64,000 bases of DNA from Ylistrum balloti (lineage: Eukaryota). Of the stretch, positions 13,501 to 26,600 are shown piece after piece. The stretch's first letter is position 1. Every line of letters starts with the position of its first letter. The notes beneath the pieces are model-generated. The model was not told the DNA's origin. It was given only the letters and a program-made list of their open reading frames with translations, and searched no databases. Location of the stretch: assembly GCF_031769215.1 (NCBI RefSeq), contig NW_026782348.1, positions 558,001-622,000 of the forward strand, read 5' to 3'. The position numbers were made by a program, and so were the translations under genes.

Positions 13501-16500
13501 GCTGTTCTTGGATTCATGGCACACCAGACAGGAATGACCATATCAGATGTCGTAACCTCAGGTAAGCTCTCCTCCATGTGTTTACAAAAGGATGTAACCC
13601 AACTTTCCAAGATGGCCCACATTTTTTTTTATTTCCATCAGAAGTTGATCTTAGTACAGAGATATGACAAATATGAGTGCAATTCCTTTCAAACATTTTG
13701 TCATTCCTTCACATGTAAATAGCTTTATTCAGTATGAAAGGTTTTGGCCTTTACAGGTGTGTATAGTGGCATTGTTTATATGTAAGTTGCCTTGTAGGGT
13801 TGGTTCAATATCAGTAATACACTCGTGTCCAGTGGACAGCTATTGATAGGGCTTTTTGGTAATAAGAAGGATAGTTTACCTGTTGTTATGAGACGTTTGA
13901 CTTGTGTGGGCTGTTATTAGCACCAATTTGTTTTTGAGAACGGGATGTTAGTGTCAATGAAGCACAATATGCTTACGTGTCAGTAGAAAACATCTTTCTT
14001 TCGTCTTAATATTTGCGCTGCTTCTTTATTATCGATTGTCAATGGGTATTCGAATGTTGTTTGTTTTCCATATTCCTATTTCATTGTTTTATTTAACTTA
14101 TGTTTTGCCTACAAGTTAGGTACCTCAAATACCTTCTTGGGCTAGAATGTATTTAGGCATTTAACGAAACTATACACAGTTGATAGGAAAAGAAATTTGC
14201 AGACATGGAAGTACTGAAAAAACATGAAAAAACGCTCATAAAGACATCCCCAAAATCTAAAAAAAAACTTGAATTTAACCGACTCTTATTAACACGTCAT
14301 CGAATCTCCAAAACTAATTGATCAATATTAACCAATAAGCGAGTTCTATGTTAGGTTTGAAAATGTCGATATCAGGTATAGCCACCGCGCTACTTGTACA
14401 ATTCTTGTGTCCGTGGTCTCATACCATTGATCAGATGCCGAAACTTGTTCTGAGAGTACCTCCGCAGTTGTTTGGAATTTTGGCTCCAATGTGTTGATAT
14501 TTCGTCCGCGATACTCCTATTTTCCTATTGTAAATTTTCCAATTCTGGATAGCAGCATTCATACTTCCCCAACCTATGATATTTACATGTCTTAGTTGAT
14601 ACGATATTCAAGGGCCTTCTTTCATCATCACGAGTTTCATGCAAGCAGTCGTCAACTGACAGAAAAATTCGTAATGCAGAGTTTCAAATGATGCAGGTTG
14701 ATGAAAATTACGGTCAAACATGTAGAGAAAAGTCTTGATTTTCGTCAATACCAGTGAATTATTTGAGCTCGGCATTTTCCTTTTAAGTTACTACTATGTT
14801 AAGTTCGTAGACTACGGAGGTGTTTTAAGATTGTTTACATGAAAATGGTGCATATATACGATCTGTTTAATCCGGTTCAATGACCACGAAATGCGGCGGT
14901 GAAAGTTATCTCAGGTAATTTCTGTATAAGCATGTGCTCTAGAAGCATAGTGCGAGGGGATCGAAAAGGGATATCTACCTAAGGTTTTATAACACCTACT
15001 TAGGCGATGTGTGGTGACGCATTTATTGGCAAAACGCAGACATTTGTGAAAAAGCATCATAAATGGCAAAGTCCGTAACTGTTCTGGATTCTATCTGGTC
15101 CCATTGATTACCGGTTTAGACAGAGTGCACTGTACAAGGTGCTTCTGCTTCATCGAAGACACCCGCAATATATAAGTCTTAAACAATCAAACTATGGAGA
15201 TGTAGAAATAAGATTGAATCACTTGGTATTGCTGTGTCGTCTATGTTCATTTAGGACCAGGTCTTACCTTCATGACCTACCCAGAGGCTCTGACCTATTT
15301 TCCTCTGCCCAATTTGTGGACAGTGCTGTTCTTCGTGATGATGATTACTGTTGGTATGGATAGTCAGGTAACATGAGCCATTAACCTTATATCTCCATTA
15401 TCCTATTTAAGCATGTACAAACAACACACAAGTTTGTTGTTGGTGTTTTAAAGTACATCTACCGTGTATTATTTTACAAATATGTTAGAGCTCACCTGCC
15501 ATATATCATTACACACATATCATGTGTCAACACACACGATATACTGTACAAATATTCATCTATGATGGGACAAGAATTGAGTTTGGCATGAGGGATTTTA
15601 TGTAAATTGGAATCATATGGTATAAGGGTTAAAATTTTAGATTAATACATTTATTGTGTAACTTTTCTCATATTTTATATTCAGTCATTACTATAATGTA
15701 ACCTTATATAAACAATTATTGAGTACATTTCAATTTTATAAATAAACTATGATTGAACTGGATGGAGATTATGAAGAATTTACTGTTATGTTAATTATAT
15801 ATATATATCATTACTCTACTACATATTGTGTTAAGAGCTTGTACTCCAATAAAGATAAAAAATATTACAATTAACATATCAAAAGGTAAATCATCATTAA
15901 ATATACAATTAAATACGAAGTTATTGATAAATTGCTATACATATCAAATGGGTGGATGGTTACGGTATATATACACAAAAATGTAAGGACCTTTATCTAA
16001 GGATTATCAACAAATTTGGTTTACATGCATAATTGGATAGAATGCTCAAAGTTAAGTACTTTATATTCCAAAACAAATTTGAGTAACTCCCCTTTCCCTA
16101 CTTGAACATATTTAATGCAATGCAGAATATATATTATATTCACGTACCAAGTTTGGAAAGGATTTACCTAGGCATGGCCTGTGTCCGATCTTATTAACAT
16201 ATAAAAAGTAAATAAAATTTCAAGGTAGCACCTTTGGGTAACTGCACATTGTTTGATCTGTCATTATCTATTTGTACCTATTCTGTAGCTTTCCACTGTT
16301 GAGAGTTTAATATCAGCAGTGATGGACCAGTTTCCGGCACTTCGTCCAAAGCGAGTCCTGATCCAAGGTATTGGATGCATACTTTGGTTTCTGTTAGGAC
16401 TGATTCTGTGTACACAGGTAAAATTGTTTTCCATGTAAATCTTATAAAATTAGTGCGCCAAAGTAGCTGATTACGATTTACATTATGTTCCATACTGAAT

Positions 16501-17948
16501 AGCATTCGTCGATTAATTATCTTCAGTAAATTAGTTTTTTTGCACAGGTCTTCATTCCGTTTATCGACATTTCAATGTACTGTCGGTTCCGTTACAGGGA
16601 GGAATGTATGTGTTTCTAGCGATTGATTGGTACGTGGCCTTATCTATCCCCCTTTTTGCTTTCACCGAGTGTATCATTGTCGGGTGGATTTACGGTAAGT
16701 TTATAGATACTCAATGAATATATCGAATGTGTTGTCTTTTTAATTACTTTTGTATAGTTTCCTATGAACCATATGTGTATATTTGGTTCGATTCTGCAGG
16801 AGCTGAACGTTTTTCTCGGGATGTTGAGTTGATGCTTGGACGTGGAATTCCTGTCCTGGTACGGATCTCAATATGCTTCATCGCACCGAGTATGCTTCTG
16901 GTAAGTGGATAAACACCTGCGTACATTTGATGACATGTCTAACGTGTGTTATTGGGATGCAACTTTGTCACATCATTTGTCGTAAACTCGTCTCTTTTGT
17001 TTTGTTACACTTCATCAAAAGTAGAGGAGGTATATTTGTGTTTACATACTAATGAACAACAGCTGTTTTTGTCACCTAATACTGGACAACTGTATACTTA
17101 TCATAAAGGTAACGAAGTATCGTTTGTATCAGGTCATCACCATTTGCACCCTAACAACATACAAGGCGCCCACGTATGGTGCGTACCAGTTTCCTTCCTA
17201 CATCACTATCTACGGTTTCTTTCTTGGATTTTTGCCATTGGTACCCGTCGTCTTTAGAGCAATCACAGCAATATGTCATACCAACGGAGAAACAATTGCA
17301 AAGGTATGTCACCTGTGTTAAGATACAAATCTTTGAAAGTTTCATGTTAGTGAAAAGATTTGTTATTGTTAACCTCAGCAACAATTCGTTATTTTCCCCC
17401 TTTTCACTGCTTCTTAAGCTACAGCACAAGTTTGCTAAATTCAAATATTTCTTTTCGATACATTTATCCTATACTACTCGTCTACCCAATAAGAACTACT
17501 CCTGTCAGGAGGAAGTGATTTTCTATTCGGAAACATCCTTTTTTGTAAACATTCTGGCGTATTGTGATTGTGTCTTACATCTTTATGAGTGTATACCCAA
17601 ATCATTGTAACCATCGAACGGAATAGGCCTATGGCGTACGTATCCATTTCCCTGCTGTATTCGTTAAGTAATATTTTGGTTATAGTATATCATCTTATAC
17701 CTGGAATAATTGTGGTCTTGTTACAACGCATTTCACCTTGTAAGGATGTTATAAAGAATGTGTACTAACAAACTGACTGAGTCTTTTCGTCTGTTTCATT
17801 TCAGAGAATAGTAAATGCGTGCAAACCATCAGCGAACTGGAAACCAGCTTCACGTGTACACGCAAAGGACTACACATATCATGATCTTAGTAAATATAAA
17901 AGTGTCTACAGCAGAGTGAAGTTGAATATCCTTGGACCACGGGGTTGA
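1595..17948 (+). CDS. SLC6 (NSS family) Na+-dependent amino-acid/neurotransmitter transporter, GlyT/GAT-like; 13 coding exons, 633 aa
   Basis: Exons, all GT-AG with consistent phases: 1595-1829, 9839-9970, 10757-11039, 11423-11555, 12341-12475, 13098-13201, 13437-13561, 15255-15367, 16289-16417, 16598-16694, 16800-16900, 17133-17303, 17805-17948 (total 1902 nt, ending TGA). Motifs: TM1 [24 protein letters not shown]3 [10 protein letters not shown]2 [48 protein letters not shown]. Gly rather than Asp at the TM1 position equivalent to SERT Asp98 points to an amino-acid substrate. The exact subfamily cannot be determined here. Confidence 0.95.
4028..4747 (+). mobile_element. 5'-truncated CR1/L2-clade LINE (RT C-terminal region, frameshifted) with (TAAAC)n 3' tail
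   Basis: Translation [13 protein letters not shown]...[21 protein letters not shown]...RRATKQL...[30 protein letters not shown]...RGHSKK, then after a frameshift ...[36 protein letters not shown]. This is the typical CR1/L2 RT C-terminus. It ends in a short tandem tail TAAACTAAACTAAACTAAACT at about 4725-4746. Located in SLC6 intron 1. Confidence 0.9.
5255..6010 (+). mobile_element. Dispersed non-autonomous repeat, copy 1 (copy 2 at about 48810-49570)
   Basis: Collinear similarity with 48810-49570, e.g. ATAGGAAAATTGGA..AAATAAGCTA, GTGGTTGATATAAATT, TTTATTTATTTTCTAAATATATAAGAA, CACTGAATAG.TAGATACACTCG, TCTCTTTATGTCAC, TATACAGGTAAACTT. No coding capacity. Confidence 0.75.
7747..7781. repeat. 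(CACC)n/(CACG)n microsatellite abutting the gap
   Basis: CACCCACCCACCCACCCACCCACGCACGCACGCAC directly before the N run. Confidence 0.85.
7782..8200. other. Assembly gap (419 N)
   Basis: Uninterrupted run of N. Confidence 1.
9113..9623. mobile_element. MITE (511 bp) with 13-bp perfect TIRs and apparent 5-bp TSD
   Basis: Left TIR CAGGGGCGTAGCT at 9113-9125 and right TIR AGCTACGCCCCTG at 9611-9623. Flanked on both sides by CAAAG (9108-9112 and 9624-9628). Confidence 0.85.
11955..12360 (+). repeat. Degenerate ~41-43 bp minisatellite whose last unit forms the SLC6 exon 5 acceptor
   Basis: About 9 units of consensus AAATATTTTGTCTTGGTTTTCTA(TA)GGTGGTGTACGTG(A/T)CTATAT. The final unit reads ...GGTTTTCTAG|GTGGTGTACGTGACT. 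Confidence 0.8.
13185..13310 (+). repeat. ~24-25 bp tandem repeat of the SLC6 exon 6 donor
   Basis: CAG|GTAAACCATTTCACAACAAT CAAG GTAAACAATTACACAACAAAAAAAG GTAGACCATGTCACAGCAAACAAG ATTAACAATCGCACAACAATCTAG GTAAACCAT. Confidence 0.75.
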
Positions 17949-19699
17949 GACGTTAATGCAGCACATTAACATATAGAAACATTACCGTAACAGTTGTCAT
18001 ATTGTTATACCCCTGAGTGACCTAGATATGCTATATGAACATCATTATTTTCAGAAACTTTTTTATCCAGAGATGTCTCGGATATGCATATAATCAAAGG
18101 AGATTAAGACGTATAGCAAATGATGTACGTTATAGAATTCACTTGCATGCAAAACTATTACCTTGTCACTTACCGGTATTAAAGTATTCAATTAGTAAAA
18201 TCTGTATCATCTCGTGCAAGTGTGTCTCTATTTATGACAGCCTCTGTGTTAAATTAGGTGTGGAAACTTGTTAAGTGGGCGCCACACATAAGCCGATAAT
18301 CAACGAGCTGGTAAAGGAAAGTCATACCTACGTTAATAATCTGTGTATGATAAAGATACACCATATGTCAGCCGAAAAGCGAAAAGGTCGAGAAAGCACA
18401 GTCATACCTCAGCCTTTATCCGGGATCTGGTCAAGGGGTAACATATAGCAGTTGAAATCCGGGAACTGATAAATAGAGAATGCAAGGCCAGTGTCTTAAA
18501 AGCTGTATTTTGGCGAAGAAAAGACAAAAGTGGCGTGCCTCTGAAGAGCCACTTTTGTGTTTCTGTCTCGAGCCAAAATGCATATATATATATTATATTT
18601 TAAGACGCTGACACTGTTTTCTATTTATCCTGCAACTTTGATTGAAAATCAGACACTCAAAACATCAACAGTTTTTGTTTACCTGATGTTGACGTTACAA
18701 TGAATTTTGCCTGATGACGTATGTCAAAATAATTGCTCCGCGCAGAAATAGTTCCAAACATCAACGGATATGACAGCGATTTTAGGAATTTTCCTAAATA
18801 ACCTAATTCACTTCAACGTATAAAATAACCTTTTTCTATAGTTACTTTCATTGTTTGGTTTTAATTTTTTAAGTTATCACATAAAATAATTCTATGGAAA
18901 TGACGCACGCTAAGATATAGTTATTTTCCGTTACTGCCGAATACAGCAAAAATATATATGGTAGGTGTATTCTTACAATGGCAGAATAGATGGCTATCAT
19001 ACATTATAGCTTTATCATTAGCTGGTGGTTGATGAAGCTGCGTGTTACATTAGTCGATAATCAAAAGGTTAGAAAGATGCATCCCATCTCATCCAAAAAC
19101 CAAACGGCTTTAAAAGATTCACCGAATGTCACCATACGTCCATAAGAAATGGTTTAGAAAAGCGGCATCGAAAACCAGTCGATAATCAATGCGGCTGGAA
19201 AAAGGCATGATACGTCAGCCGATGTTGAAAAGGTTGGAGGAGATATATCGTATGTGAGCTGATAACAAGAGGAGTGGCTTCATTATCAAATCATATATTA
19301 TATATATATAAAATATTTTTAACACCATCGAGTACATGTGTGTATTCTGAACAGTGTCACAATTCGAATAGATTTAAACGTGACAAGCAGTTTACTGCAA
19401 ACCTTGAGGACTTCAGTCCTCTGGCAGTGTCGATGAGTAAACACGAAAGACACCAATGAAGAAACCTTTCTTAATGTAAATAGAAGGTATTTTGATGCGT
19501 TCTAAAATATTCTGCCTGCTTCTTTGTAAACACTTTGATTAATTAATGTTGTTAAACCACTGTCCAGATGGCAGTTTAAAATGTCTGTCCACTTCATTAC
19601 ATGATCATGTCCTACTACACTAAATCTGAACAATTTTGAAGTTTGTCACATCGTCTATGATATACACGTTATTTATTTTACAATAATTTGGAAACAAGT

Positions 19700-19840
19700 T
19701 ATTTTATTTTGTTGCACTGGATGTAAGAGAGCGGGAGTCTTACTGTAGGAGGAAACCGGAGTACCCTAAGAAAAAATACGTGGTTGGACAGGCCATGGTG
19801 AAAGACAAATGTGCTATTATTGCACCACCCTACCACCACT
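19700..19840 (-). mobile_element. Degraded SINE fragment
   Basis: GAGGAAACCGGAGTACCC at 19749-19766 is the reverse complement of GGGTACTCCGGTTTCCTC, a hallmark core of widespread invertebrate tRNA-derived SINEs (recognised from memory). Confidence 0.5.
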
Positions 19841-20611
19841 GTTATATCACCTTTAATAATTAAAAAATATCAACTCTCCTGGATGTAACGAAACTAATGT
19901 ATAATTCACTTTGGAGCATGCACGATGTCGGCACGAAAGAAAACCGGACAAAAATCTATGCGCTCGTTATGCGGTTCTATTGCACAAATACATATACTGT
20001 ATAGCTCAATTGTAGTGGCTTAAAATAATTTTCTAAAATTAACTTCATGAAATATGTGGAATAGATTGAATGCTTCAGGTTTGTTGATTAAGATTTGACA
20101 TTTAACAAATATTGTAGGCCTAACAGCCGTTGTTCTTGGTTGTTGTTGCAGCTATTGCTTGTTGTTTCACCATGGGAGTAAAGTAGTTATAGTGGTGAAT
20201 TTAATCAATGTTGTGTGCTTCATGGTTTATATAGTGTTGTGATCAGTATTAGACATCAGAAATATGAAAATGATATGTATAATAAGAAAATTAAGTTCTC
20301 ATCAACGAAGATAAAAGTGAATTTCATGCTTCAAAGCTACATGTACTAGATTCATGAGAGTAATCTCTCTGTACTACTAAAACAGATAAACGATTGTGTG
20401 AGTTTGTCATACCGAGACTGCACTCTCTTTTCTTTCGCTATTTATTTTTATTCATTTATTCGCGTAGTTATATGTAGAGATGTCATGACTGAATGCCACA
20501 AAACAGCCGACCCCTGTCTGTTTTCATTCAACCATGAACTCTACGCTACTCCCATTATGGGTATGAGGCTAGTGGTATGACCAGAAACTACACAATATAC
20601 AGTGAAAGACG

Positions 20612-23600
20612 ATGGAAGGTAAGACAATTTTTTTTACATATTTTGCAATGAGCTTATTGAATTCAATCAGTAGTATTAAGTGATATCGTTTACTCAGTGG
20701 CATAAAACATTTTTACAGAGTGAAATATAAATAATATATAAGTATGTTGTTGCTGTACCATTATCTGTCATACCTCGCAGTGAAAAAATCATTTAAGGTA
20801 TAACAATTATGTTTATATTATCAAATATAACCTTCATTTGTTTGTATCAAAGCATTCCCCAAATAGTTATGTAGTAGATTCCGTCAATGAATTTAACTGC
20901 ATCATGCAGTTGTTTCATCCTTTTATGACTCCCCAGTGATACTCAGGACCTAAGCCTAGGAGGCGACGAGAAAAAAAGCATAGGTTATTGTCATAAATGC
21001 ATACAGTGAATGGATCTGACACACTTTAGAGCAATTGTTGGGTTTATAGTCCCGTGAATCTCAGGGTCATTTTAATATGGGTCTCCTTGTAGTAGCTGTT
21101 GATTACCAAACTGAACAATTTACGATAGATTTGGTGCCTGTTGGTTCCATTGTTGTATACCTTGTTATCTTTTGAGAACGTGGCATTACTGACTTTACTT
21201 CAGATGTCCAAGGTTTACATGGTAGATGTCGTCGATGAAGCAGAAGGCGGAACAACTTGTCTTAAACTCTCTGTCCTTTTTCAGGAGTCTACGTGTAAAA
21301 TTGAGATCTAGGATTAAACATGTTAAGATCGAGTCCACAAGGCACGCTAACTAGCAACGAACATGTAGAATATTTCGAATGTGTATGGCGGTGCATCATA
21401 AAAGAATAGTTGTCTAAACCATAAAAGTCTATTTTGCTGAAATACACACTAGATATCAAACCTTGATTATAGAAAGAAATCCTTTTATATTGATCAACAC
21501 TGTAGATATGCATTTTTTCAAGATATATGACAACGCGTGCCCTTGAATACACTCCTACTTTAAACAAAAAATGACTACCTCTGTGATCATCGGGGTAAAA
21601 ATCAATGACTTCGTCAGTTTCAAAGCAGAGTACTTCTAACTGATGCAAAGATGGCCCAGTGAAGTCAGTACAAACTTGAAAAATGTGCTGTGTCGGCACT
21701 ATAAATAGTGGGAGTTCCGAGTACTCAGCGTCGACAATCAGAACTGAATATAAGCAATGAGACAGCATCTGGACATAACATGCTATGTTCAACTTTTATA
21801 TCTTTTGACCGTGATGTGTCTTTAGATATCATTGCCAGGATGTTAAACCATTAAAACACCAATTGCGAGAGAATCAGTCGAAGTGTGGTCAGTACATTGG
21901 AATTGGCTGAAGTAGGTACATTGAAATGTCTCATATATTTCATTTTTATTTCTGTTTTTAGCGTGTTGGAAATATGGCATGTTTTTTTGCAACAGTTTCA
22001 TGATTATTGGAGCTTATTATTTCATGGAACTTCCGGTTGGTCTACAAAACGAGATTATGAATAGCCGTGTAAGTATGATGAGAAGACAATAGGGTCTGTA
22101 AAAGTGACTAAGACATATTATAGTGTCCGGTATATGACTTAGTAGCCTCCAAACCCTTCTCATTGATCGGGGACTACACTTCCGATCTCTATTTAAGTTG
22201 ACCATCTATGTGGTAAACCAAAACATGGTACTGATAGCACGTGACTGTTTGGACACCAACAAAGAACTGATTTATTGGCAATTCTGTACATGTTAACAAT
22301 CGTCTTACTTATATCTTACTTCCGGCCTTGCTCACATCAACAAACGTCTAACGTACATTGTACTATACTATACATTAACGAACGTCTAACTTATATTGTA
22401 CCGACAACCTCATGTCAACTATACATTAACGAACGTATAACGTACATTGTACCGACAACCTCACGTCAACTATACATTAACGAACATCGAACTTACATTG
22501 TACCGACAACCTCATGTCAACTATACATTAACGAACATCTAACTTACATTGTACCGACAACCTCATGTCAACTATACATTAACGAACATCGAACTTACAT
22601 TGTACCGACAACCTCATGTCAATTATACATTAACGAACATCGAACTTACATTGTACCGACAACCTCATGTCAACTATACATTAACGAACATATAACTTAC
22701 ATATAACTGTATTGACAGTTGTCTGCTACACAAAACCATGAACGTCTGAAGTTTTGTCAACGTGTTTACCTTTATCTGTGTTAAAAGAATTTCCTATTGA
22801 TGTTGTGTTAGAATTGACTTATTATGATGAATGTAAAGGTTTCTTATTACAGTTTTCTTATATGGGATCTAACAACACCAGCAATAGGACAGACTGTAAA
22901 TTATGTCTTGGTTTTGGAGAGGTCCGGTACAATGTATTATTTGCTATCTCTAGATGGACGTAAGTACATTTTATATGCTATTCTTTTCTACCCTTTATGC
23001 ATTGAATGGTGAAAAAATATGCTTCCTATACCGTCCTTTACAATGAATACATCGTTTACGAGAGAGGGAAACGTACCTTCGTATTGTTTCATTTGAAAAT
23101 GTCACGAGAAAGTAAATAATGATTGAGTTTGATGTGAGAGAAACTGATCAGCTGATATGATTTTAAGACTGCCAATACCTAACGAATATCAATATAATAA
23201 CCGTTTTCTTCACTGATGAGACTTTGGTGTTTACAGCACCGCCCGCACATGTCTAATTTTAGAATTCGTTATATACAGTACCTCCCTTATGAACATTTTA
23301 AACTCATTTGTTTTAAGTTTAGGCTTTGATATCTACAGTTCAGTCATTACTCCTCTGCTTTTATTTTTGTGTTTACCGCAGCGATGAGTATAACTCAGAA
23401 TTTATTATTTACAGTTCTGCCGTCCTGTGTCTTCCTTTAGGTTTCCTGATAGACAAACTTGGAAATGGACGTACGTATTATACATGATTTTTGTTGTCAT
23501 ACATATGCTTAGACTGTTTCAAAGTGTTAACAAATAAATAGTACTTTACAAAACAAAAAAATCCTGTCTGAACTGTATAACTCCGCGTCATGGAATTGTC

Positions 23601-26600
23601 TAGTGACATCACGCTTTGAGACGATGGTCAATGGTCAATACTGTAATAATGACACTAAATCTGTGCACATATCCATTGGCGATATTCAGAGTATGGAGAC
23701 CACGATCTCATGACTACATTCATGATAACCGCAATGTCTGATGATTTAAATCCATTGTCCCGATCAAGAGCAGGTAATCCAGGTGATTTTAGTTTACTGT
23801 AATTCGCACTGAAATTGTTGGCTGTGTTTCATATTGGGGATGCATATATATGTTATAAATACCAATAACTATTTTATATAAGTAATATTTGAGCAATAAT
23901 CGCTTCATCAAATTGTTAAAATATGTCGATTATTGAACAAATCTCAACCATATAGTCCCGATCTTTATCTTTGTTTATTACATGACTACCATTATTGTTT
24001 CTAGTGTATATCTAACTTGTTTGTTTAGGTTCTGCAATACTGTTCAGTTTAACGCCACTAATAGGCTCAATACTGTTCGCCCTGGGAGCCATGTCTCACA
24101 CCCCTGTGACTACGCCTACCTACATACTGATGGTGGTAGGATATGGCTTGTTAGCGTTTGCGTACGGAACTCTGCGGTGTAGGTATCTGCACCTTAAAAC
24201 CAATGTTCAATTATAATATTTGCTATACATGTATATGCTTGAAAGCAATTGCGCTGCATATGCCAAAATGGTTTGGTCTGCACGATCCCGAAGTCTTTGC
24301 TCAAGTGGATATGAAGAAGGATTGTTGACTATGGACAACTTTATCAAGTTCAGAAGAATAGTTGATTTAACACTGCCTCGAAATGTAACATTAGGTAAAT
24401 TATTTGGATTCTTATAACATGTGTGTCCTTTGTGTGCTCCGTACAACAAGTATCTAAATGTAAAGTATTCTAATAGAACTTTCCTTTTCAAATCTTGACA
24501 TGTATTGGACCATGTGTTTCAGTTGTAAAGGCCAGAGTGATAGCCCATTGTTTTCCAGACTCCACATTTATCGGCATAGCGTTCAGTTCACTTGGATATA
24601 CCGGGCAAGCTATGAGTCTCTACTTGTCGCCTTATGTTGCAGTACACGTAGGGGCAATAGCTGCCGCGTGGTTAGGTATGTTCGAAAAACCAAATACTCT
24701 AAACACAAAAGTTACTCATAGTAACCCAAATATTAACATAATGATAATCGCATAAGTCAAAACACATGCATGATCTCTGTCATATTTACAAACATGAAAA
24801 ACAAAAATGTCTGACTAATAAAACTTGAATATCTAAGACAGGAACCTCTCAAAATGACAAAAGGATATCGCTCTCTTATCAGTAGTAATTAAAAAAAGAA
24901 ATGATTAGCTTCCGTTTTCAGAATTCTATTACTGCAACTACTAGTATGTAATTATATTTATGTCTTATGACTGACCTGTGGTCACATATACAATACAAGC
25001 GACCCTCTACAACATGTACTTCCGGTTACAGCAACAGCAGCCTGTGGATTTGGAGTTTTGTGTGCTGTTGGTTTGGCTCTACTTCTCAAACATCAAGTAC
25101 CAAAGATGTCTACTGATTCTGAATACAACAAAATGTTGGTATGCAACTATAAGTGATCCTTAGTACTGCTTTTGTTTAAAGAATTTTGATACTTACAATA
25201 CATGCAAATGTCCTTGTAACTTCTAAATAAACACTGTGTATTTTCCTCACAAGGAAGCAAAAAGAGTATTCCGGCATACTGTTTTATATTAAATAAGTAT
25301 TAAATTTTGTTACTTATGCAGTTACTACTCCCGATAAAAACTGTCTGAAGGTAAAGGTCACGAGTAAACAATGATGAAATCGACAATGATAATGTATGTT
25401 AAGCATACTCAATCGTATTACTGTGTTGTAGACTCTGAGCGATTTAAGGGCACTACCGGGATCGTACTGGTTCTTTATAATGACTACAGCGTTTTCGTCA
25501 GCCTGTTGGACTGTTAAACAAGCCAATTTACCGTAAGGAAACTAGAAAGGACATGGATACTTACAGTATTTTAAATAGCGTTTTATCTTTATACATAGAT
25601 ATAGCATCTTCCTTTGCTATTTTGTCCTACAAAAGAAGTCTCCGATTTTAGGTGACAACATAGAGGAAATGTTTACTATCGAATACATAGTCTTGTTTTC
25701 TGGTTTAACCGATTTTGAAATCTAAGATCACAGACGTCATTTTTGATGGCAGAAAATTTATATCATTACAGAGATTACTTGGTATTACGACATGGTTACA
25801 CAATGGAAGAAGCTAGTCATATAACTGGTATACCTTCAATCATGAATTTACTGACACCTTTCTTATGTATCCTACTGGTAAGTATACTTTTTTTCTTTTA
25901 CTGCTGTCGATACAAATATTTTTTTTGTTACTGAAAGGTTATAGATTAAGTACATGGAAGGTAAGTATGTATGAACATTTTGATTGCTTTAATTAAACAT
26001 TTAAAGTGCTGTTTCGATAAAATATAAATTACAAGATGACCACTGGTAATTGTATCAACAGAATTTATATTCATGTTAAATAATTACCTATTTTGTATAT
26101 GAAAAACATTTCAGTGGATTATTATATAGTCTCGGGATCACGGTATAAATTGTTAAGAAACAATCAGTGCTCCAGTCGCTATACCGCTCGACGAGTAAAC
26201 TTGAACAATTATTTGAGTGTGATATACTGCAAAACCAAATTATACATGTTGTGAATATTTGTGAATATACCCGTTATCAATTTCAATGGCTGCAGGGCCT
26301 GTTGCGGGGTGCTATTTTTGCTAGTAGTGCGATTTGATTTTTGGAATTTGAGAAACATCTCTCATGTGATGTTGATGTTATACGAACACTACATATGATT
26401 TTATATGTGATTTTTATTAATATTATTCATTTTTATCCGAGGTGTTGAATAGCAATTCCTCCTAAATTAGTTTGGTGTACATTTGCTATATATGGACACG
26501 TTTTTACAAGTTTCCTAACACATGTTTTTAAAAAACCATCAAAGAAGATACCGATTTTGCTTTATTCAAACACAGATTAGATGTAAATATGGGAAATTAT

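Noticed and set aside
17176-17610. 144-aa alternative-frame ORF
   Set aside because: Partly a shadow of SLC6 exon 12 and continues into AT-rich intron with no recognisable motif.
22275-22706. 143-aa ORF with 17-aa repeats
   Set aside because: Produced by the 51-bp VNTR inside MFS intron 2.
23205-23260. CTGATGAG as a possible hammerhead ribozyme core (Penelope-associated)
   Set aside because: No downstream GAAA or compatible stems could be found by eye.
25954-25966. ATGGAAG|GTAAGT in MFS intron 9, identical to the coding end of exon 1
   Set aside because: Short match; splicing to exon 10 would be out of frame and there is no flanking homology, so it is likely chance.
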